Origin: Haliotis rufescens
Lineage: Eukaryota
NCBI RefSeq assembly: GCF_023055435.1
Contig: NW_025963779.1
Span: 61,070,001-61,134,000 of the forward strand
Reading direction: 5' to 3'
Length of the DNA: 64,000 bases
A model generated the notes under the pieces. That model did not search any database. It was not told the DNA's origin and was given only the letters and a program-made list of their open reading frames with translations. Both the position numbers and the translations under genes were made by a program. This document shows positions 60,901 to 64,000 of this stretch, in pieces; positions within the stretch are counted from its first letter, which is position 1; the number at the start of each line of letters is the position of its first letter.

Positions 60901-63473
60901 GGACATCATTGGGGAAACAGTCTTTCGCTGCTGGGGGTAGGGTGCCGTAAACTGTCCCCCGGGGGACCTACTAGGTGGCACGGCAGCTCCAACACTCGCT
61001 GCTACAGGGCTCCTCTGGTTCACATACCCCATCATGCTCGGCACACTTCTTTGAGACTGTAGCGGGTAGGGAGTTCCCCTACTTCCAGGGCTTGGCGAGA
61101 AGCGAGGATTCTTGCGCTCATCAAAGGACACAGACTGACTTCGCTGCTGCTGAAAAGTTGCTTGTCGCTTTGCCATAGCACTCAGTCCTTGTACCTGGGG
61201 TATCCCAGCAGCTTGAGACTGGTGAGGCAGGGTTGGCTGCCCCACTTTCAGCTGGGTCATATTGTCCCACGACGAGTCCCCCGAGTTCATGTTTGCACTG
61301 CCACTAAGAGCAGCATTAATGTTAAATTCACCTTGGATGGGGTTATCTGTCCCCAGCAGGTCCCAGTTGGTGTTGGAGTTGAGCAGGTCCAGCCCCTCCA
61401 AGCTTAACTGTGGGGAGTTCATAATTGAGTTCATGTCTCCCAACATGTTCATGCCAATTGTGGCAGTGATGTTGGCAAGGTTTTTAGTTCCACTCCCAGT
61501 TCCACCGACCCCGCGGTTGTTGATGTTGGACTGACCAATGATGGACTTCATCAGACTGGTGGAAGCTGATCCCTTCAGCTCCACCTCCGAATCACACTCT
61601 CTGCAAATAAAGAACGGCCTTGAAAAACACCAAACAATATTCCATACTCCTATCAGAAACTACTGTTATGTTTGTCAATCAAAGTGTGACATTTTTCACA
61701 ATTAATCCATCATATCCACTGTTCCAGGACCTAAGTGTGAGTGAGTGAGTTTGATTTTATGCGGCTTTTAGCAATATTCCAGCAATATCACGGCGGGGGA
61801 CACCAGAATTGGACTTCAGAGCATTGTACCCATGTACCCACCCACTCCCCCACCCCCACCCCCACCCCCCAGGACCTAAGGCCTGACAATGGCGGTGTAC
61901 ACTGACTGTTAAGAAGGAATCTAAAGTGAACTGCTTCAAATTAATGAAGTGAACACATCGAAATCCCAAAGAACATAATTTTTATGTCAGAAAGCATTTT
62001 CTCAAATATTTCATTTGAACAGTGAGAAAGCTGGAAATAACGATTTCAATCAGAATTCTAAAGCAGTGAATTAAAAGGGCATCCAGACCACCCCATCAAT
62101 GAAGACATGACACATGCTGAGTGACCAGTGACCTGCCATCAGTATATCATCTCATAAACCTTGCAACATTGTACATTTTGATAAACGACACAAGTCGTAA
62201 CACCCTGTTTCCATGAAGCTTTTATGAAGCTAGTGAAGAGTGTGTAAGTTTGGTGTAACACTGCTTTTGCCAGTATTCCAGTTATACCCATGCCCCTAGC
62301 TGGCAAAGAAATCTGATTGATCACCTTATGATGGAGTGAGTAGACATGACAAAGTCGGGTTCATTGGTGACTGGCATGACGAACAGCTTGCTCTTGGTCT
62401 GCACAAACACGTAGCGATTCTCCTGCAGCTTGAAGCGGTACACTCCACTGGTGTGGTTCCGCAGCTTCTTCACTGTAACACAACATCTTGGGTATAAGTA
62501 GCCAATCTAAGACAATGAAAACATGAAGTAATACCTCACTATGACACAGTATACGGACAGTACATGGACTCATAGCCAACCCTAATGCAGATCAACAGAT
62601 ATTGCAACAACAAGTACCATCTTTTAAGGCTATTTTGTATGATTCGGCCAGGATCGAACCACCTACCTCCTACTATCCAGGCAGACACTTAATATTCTCA
62701 ATATCAGTAAAATCAGGTCTTCGCTACTGCAACACAAAGATCTGAGGACATCTCATTACAGTATATGTCAGTCACCTTTCAAATCTTTGACCAACCAATG
62801 AAATGAATAATGATGTCAACATAAGCCAATCAGAAAGCAGCTTTCTCGATCTTTACGACACTAATTTCAAACTGGCGACTTCCATTCCAGACTGAAAAAA
62901 ATGAAAATTCTTGAATGTCCAATCGATGGCAGAAATTTTATGGCAGTACTTCCCACAGGTTACGGAAAGTCAAATGTTTATCCTATTGAAGCGAGATATT
63001 GACAGTGATTTTGACAGAATCAGTCGTAGAGCCAGTTACTAGAGTTCAGAATGCCTTGTGTTAACCTTTTGGAGGTTGCTTGATTAGAAAACACCCTCAG
63101 ACTTTCACTTTCGCAATCTGGTAAGCGATGCTCTGATTGGTCGGTTAAAAAGTCGTCCTGATGGGAGTTGTAATGGGATGTCCTCAGATCTTTGTGTAGT
63201 GGTAGCGAATACAAAGATCTGATTTTAATGATATTGTCTATCCAACAGACCACAGACGCAGCCCCATGGAAATAGTGACTGAGTTGGGATTAACACTGCT
63301 TTGAACACAACAAGGATCATGCAAGAAAAGGGTATGTACAGGTAGGTACTATTACTTTCATTAACTCACCTTCTTGTAAATGGCGGCGTAGTTGACTAAC
63401 ATCATTGGCATGACAGTATTCCAGAATACTTTGTCCCTTGAAATCAATAGGTCCGTAGTTGGCTACTAATCCT
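35986..63473 (-). CDS. NCOA2: p160/SRC nuclear receptor coactivator gene (single invertebrate orthologue of NCOA1/2/3, taiman-like); 16 coding exons in window, 5' end outside window
   Basis: Hand-assembled GT-AG exons with matching phases: 63473-63370, 62472-62325, 61600-60891, 59420-58774, 55983-55798, 53391-51822, 50585-50344, 49740-49651, 49347-49156, 47822-47579, 42504-42389, 40926-40712, 39364-39114, 38784-38635, 37203-37058 (or 37085), 36054-35986; total 5080 nt. Contains the PAS-B end (YRFKL...VQTKSKL...NEPDFVMSTHSIIR), six LxxLL motifs, EEIDNILGI (cf. p160 CBP-binding EEIDRALGI), Q-rich region and terminal SLLQQLLSE*. The paralogue symbol is nominal. Confidence 0.92.
36512..36815 (-). 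mobile_element. SINE family D copy spanning the assembly gap
   Basis: Tail left of the gap and head right of the gap match 53523-53887. Confidence 0.8.
36551..36706. other. assembly gap (N run)
   Basis: 156 N. Confidence 1.
37058..37203 (-). CDS. NCOA2: NCOA penultimate exon (PDDPEGKATSLFRNQLLSAPQSG...QKNELVTQ...)
   Basis: ttgcag acceptor at 37203; donor ambiguous between CGG|GTACGC at 37058 and CAG|GTCAAC at 37085 (both phase 0); read-through reaches TAG at 37004. Confidence 0.7.
37289..37395. mobile_element. ~107-bp MITE with CAG TSD (PIF/Harbinger-like)
   Basis: TIR G(G/T)CCCTGTTCCACAAA; further copies at about 1342-1448 and 51530-51607. Confidence 0.7.
37850..38350. repeat. ~29-bp intronic minisatellite (GCAGCACATACCAGTGTTATAACCTCTGT), about 17 units
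   Basis: Visible tandem array. Confidence 0.93.
38422..38616 (-). mobile_element. SINE-like family B, internally deleted
   Basis: Head and tail present; lies about 20 nt from an NCOA donor. Confidence 0.85.
38635..38784 (-). CDS. NCOA2: NCOA exon (NDMTKEHAAVGLGPLDDLAENEDILSSSRQEAKKRYEQFR...)
   Basis: ttacag acceptor, gtaagt donor; 150 nt, phase 1/1. Confidence 0.85.
39114..39364 (-). CDS. NCOA2: NCOA exon with SQYVKQELRIICSAR motif and Q13-L-Q6 tract
   Basis: atgtag acceptor, gtaaga donor; 251 nt, phase 2 to 1. Confidence 0.88.
39467..39631 (-). mobile_element. SINE family A (diverged)
   Basis: Co-linear with other copies; imperfect TSD. Confidence 0.85.
40500..40668 (+). mobile_element. 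SINE family A
   Basis: TSD ctatttttcaca. Confidence 0.9.
40712..40926 (-). CDS. NCOA2: NCOA exon, S/P/Q-rich
   Basis: ctctctgcag acceptor, gtaaga donor; 215 nt, phase 0 to 2. Confidence 0.85.
41379..41457 (-). mobile_element. second Penelope-like pLTR fragment (core mutated to CTGGTGA)
   Basis: Matches 42171-42251; perfect stem II GGAGTA/TACTCC and GAAAC. Confidence 0.7.
41487..41746 (-). mobile_element. SINE-like family B
   Basis: Co-linear with other copies. Confidence 0.85.
42168..42314. mobile_element. Penelope-like pLTR inverted repeat with a hammerhead core
   Basis: About 62-bp inverted arms; minus strand reads CTGATGA-A-GGAGTA-AGCATA-TACTCT-GAAAC. Confidence 0.7.
42389..42504 (-). 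CDS. NCOA2: NCOA exon (GRGSPRTPHSPYGSSPDPMLMSPH...PGTQ)
   Basis: ttgcag acceptor, gtacgt donor; 116 nt, phase 1 to 0. Confidence 0.85.
42479..42806. repeat. 162-bp tandem duplication spanning an NCOA splice acceptor
   Basis: Units start at 42479 and 42641. Confidence 0.93.
43322..43478. repeat. 43-bp tandem repeat, about 3.5 units
   Basis: AAGTCTATGTTAAAGTATGGAAGGTAAGACCATCTTTAGCTCT repeated. Confidence 0.92.
44438..45660. repeat. 73-bp intronic minisatellite, about 16.5 units
   Basis: CCAGTGGTTCTAGCAAAGGGTGCTGTCACACATCGGTCTACATGATCTAGCTATATAACAGTGGCCAGACAAG repeated. Confidence 0.97.
47579..47822 (-). CDS. NCOA2: NCOA exon, Q/G-rich (GSQFPALQRHRSLSGNMPSPGG...RQMSLPP)
   Basis: gccag acceptor, gtgag donor; 244 nt. 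Confidence 0.85.
47865..48107 (-). mobile_element. SINE-like family B (single-hairpin variant)
   Basis: Co-linear with other copies. Confidence 0.85.
49156..49347 (-). CDS. NCOA2: NCOA exon, P/Q/S-rich
   Basis: ttgcag acceptor; donor gttggc is weak but phase-compatible; 192 nt. Confidence 0.78.
49651..49740 (-). CDS. NCOA2: NCOA exon (GNMGVDGHFPENLGELMNSGHAPNVTLPVQ)
   Basis: ccgtag acceptor, gtatgt donor; 90 nt, phase 0/0. Confidence 0.82.
50344..50585 (-). CDS. NCOA2: NCOA exon, Q/R-rich helical segment
   Basis: gtgcag acceptor, gtaggt donor; 242 nt, phase 1 to 0. Confidence 0.88.
51337..51498 (-). mobile_element. SINE family A
   Basis: TSD ttcagtcatagca. Confidence 0.92.
51822..53391 (-). 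CDS. NCOA2: NCOA large exon: LAQLL box, CBP/p300-interaction-like segment (LLQQIL...EEIDNILGI), Q16 tract
   Basis: ORF 51754-53247 extends in frame to the tcttag acceptor at 53391; gtgag donor; 1570 nt. Confidence 0.9.
53523..53887 (-). mobile_element. tRNA-derived SINE family D with a Meta/MESC-like central domain
   Basis: tRNA head (GGTCTAGTGG, GGTTCGATCC) then GTCATACAAAAAGACGTTAAAAGATGGTAC...GGCGCTCAGCATTAAGGG; domain name is from recall. Confidence 0.75.
54603..54778 (-). mobile_element. SINE family A
   Basis: TSD cggcactcagt. Confidence 0.92.
54862..55120 (+). mobile_element. SINE-like family B
   Basis: TSD ccaggttactag. Confidence 0.9.
55151..55726 (+). mobile_element. possible Helentron-associated (DINE-1/HINE-like) non-autonomous element
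   Basis: AACAAGAG start, aagggccataactc motif, acggacggac microsatellite, terminal ccc...gggggataa hairpin. Confidence 0.4.
55798..55983 (-). CDS. NCOA2: NCOA exon with QLL (second half of LKQLL) and LQKLL
   Basis: gacag acceptor, gtgagt donor; 186 nt, phase 0/0. Confidence 0.88.
57232..57682. mobile_element. hAT-like MITE inserted in an older dispersed repeat
   Basis: TIR (C/T)AGGGTTTTAC; interrupts a repeat seen uninterrupted at about 40030-40160. Confidence 0.65.
58774..59420 (-). CDS. NCOA2: NCOA exon with NR boxes LCRLL and LKKLL plus the first half of LKQLL
   Basis: ORF 58693-59472; atgcag acceptor, gtagga donor; 647 nt. Confidence 0.9.
59498..59599 (-). mobile_element. 5'-truncated SINE family A
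   Basis: TSD aacagaagttaaag. Confidence 0.88.
59699..60037. mobile_element. Tc1/pogo-type MITE (339 bp)
   Basis: 24-bp TIR CCG(C/T)ATTCGACGTAAT(A/T)AGCGCCC, TA TSD. Confidence 0.85.
60050..60205. mobile_element. hAT-like MITE with apparent 5-bp TSD (ATATC)
   Basis: TIR CAG(C/G)GTTAGAAA; internal GGACTAG/CTAGTCC subterminal motifs; related remnant near 51027-51295. Confidence 0.6.
60891..61600 (-). CDS. NCOA2: NCOA exon, S/G/M/P-rich region after PAS-B
   Basis: ORF 60880-61584; ttgcag acceptor, gtgag donor; 710 nt; phases match neighbours. Confidence 0.9.
61736..61868 (-). mobile_element. 5'-truncated SINE family A with a (GGGGGT)n-like head
   Basis: TSD ccaggacctaag encloses the SINE 3' half and the G-rich tract. 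Confidence 0.85.
62325..62472 (-). CDS. NCOA2: NCOA exon, PAS-B C-terminal part (VKKLRNHTSGVYRFKLQENRYVFVQTKSKLFVMPVTNEPDFVMSTHSIIR)
   Basis: ttacag acceptor, gtgatc donor, 148 nt; YRF...QTKSKL...NEP is characteristic of p160 PAS-B; this frame is absent from the ORF track. Confidence 0.92.
63370..63473 (-). CDS. NCOA2: NCOA exon, PAS-B (GLVANYGPIDFKGQSILEYCHANDVSQLRRHLQE)
   Basis: ttccag acceptor, gtgag donor, 104 nt, phase 2 to 1; PAS-like spacing. Confidence 0.85.
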
Positions 63474-63550
63474 CTGGAAAACACGAAGACATCGTCATTG
63501 TTCCGGCCATAGACTGTCATGGCAAGATGGTACACACTGAACAGTTATGA

Positions 63551-63825
63551 GTGAGTGAGTTTGGTTTAACGCCACTTTTAACAATATTCCAGTTATATCA
63601 CGGCGTGTCAGCTTAATGTGGGAGGAAAACCCCAAGTAATGCAGGTCTCAGACATTTACCACTTCGGTGAAACCCACGAGCACGGGTGTGGTGCTGACAA
63701 ACCTAGAAACATAATCGGGGAGAAGCGGGATTCGAACCCACAATCATAGGTTTCTAGCGTGCCCAAGGGATGCAACTCTGCACAGCGAATCGCGGCGCCT
63801 TAGACGACTGGGCCCCCCGTGCCCC
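63551..63825 (-). mobile_element. tRNA-Leu-derived SINE family C, full length
   Basis: Head GGCCCAGTCGTCTAAGGCGCC...GTGGGTTCGAATCCCGCTTCT, (ACTC)n tail, TSD ctgaacagttatga. Confidence 0.88.
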
Positions 63826-64000
63826 CTGAACAGTTATGAAAAAGGATGAATACAATATTTTCAACTGAACTGTTTGTGTAGTTTTTGTTCTAAGACCACA
63901 CTCAGCAATATCCCAGCTACATGACAGTGACCTGTAACAATCTGTCCAATCCTTTGAGTCTAATGGCATGAACATGGCTCTGAACATCATTTTCAGCAGA

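Overview
This is eukaryotic, repeat-rich animal DNA. The SINE and MITE content looks molluscan, possibly gastropod or abalone-like, which is my inference. There are two N gaps and no prokaryotic genes or CRISPR array. The right half (35986-63473, minus strand) holds 16 phase-consistent coding exons of a p160/SRC nuclear receptor coactivator gene (NCOA1/2/3, taiman orthologue). These give about 1,690 aa, from PAS-B through six LxxLL boxes, a CBP-binding-like segment and polyQ tracts to a terminal QKNSLLQQLLSE*. The bHLH/PAS-A exons lie beyond the window. The left half is mostly intergenic: a full-length DD34E Tc1 element with one nonsense codon, a DDE-deleted relative, Tx1/L1 LINE remnants, MITEs, four SINE families and several satellites. 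Most interesting: (1) a 24-bp minisatellite whose unannotated frame is stop-free for about 493 codons and shows synonymous-type variation (xxR[D/N/E]SAPY repeats); (2) a SINE-like family with no tRNA head, a fixed TSD-bounded 5' end and a predicted pseudoknot; (3) Penelope-type hammerhead cores in sense orientation inside an NCOA intron; (4) possible SRC-1a/1e-like alternative C-termini and a duplicated splice acceptor; (5) a tRNA-Leu-derived SINE with an intron-sized extra segment. All analysis was done by eye, without database searches.
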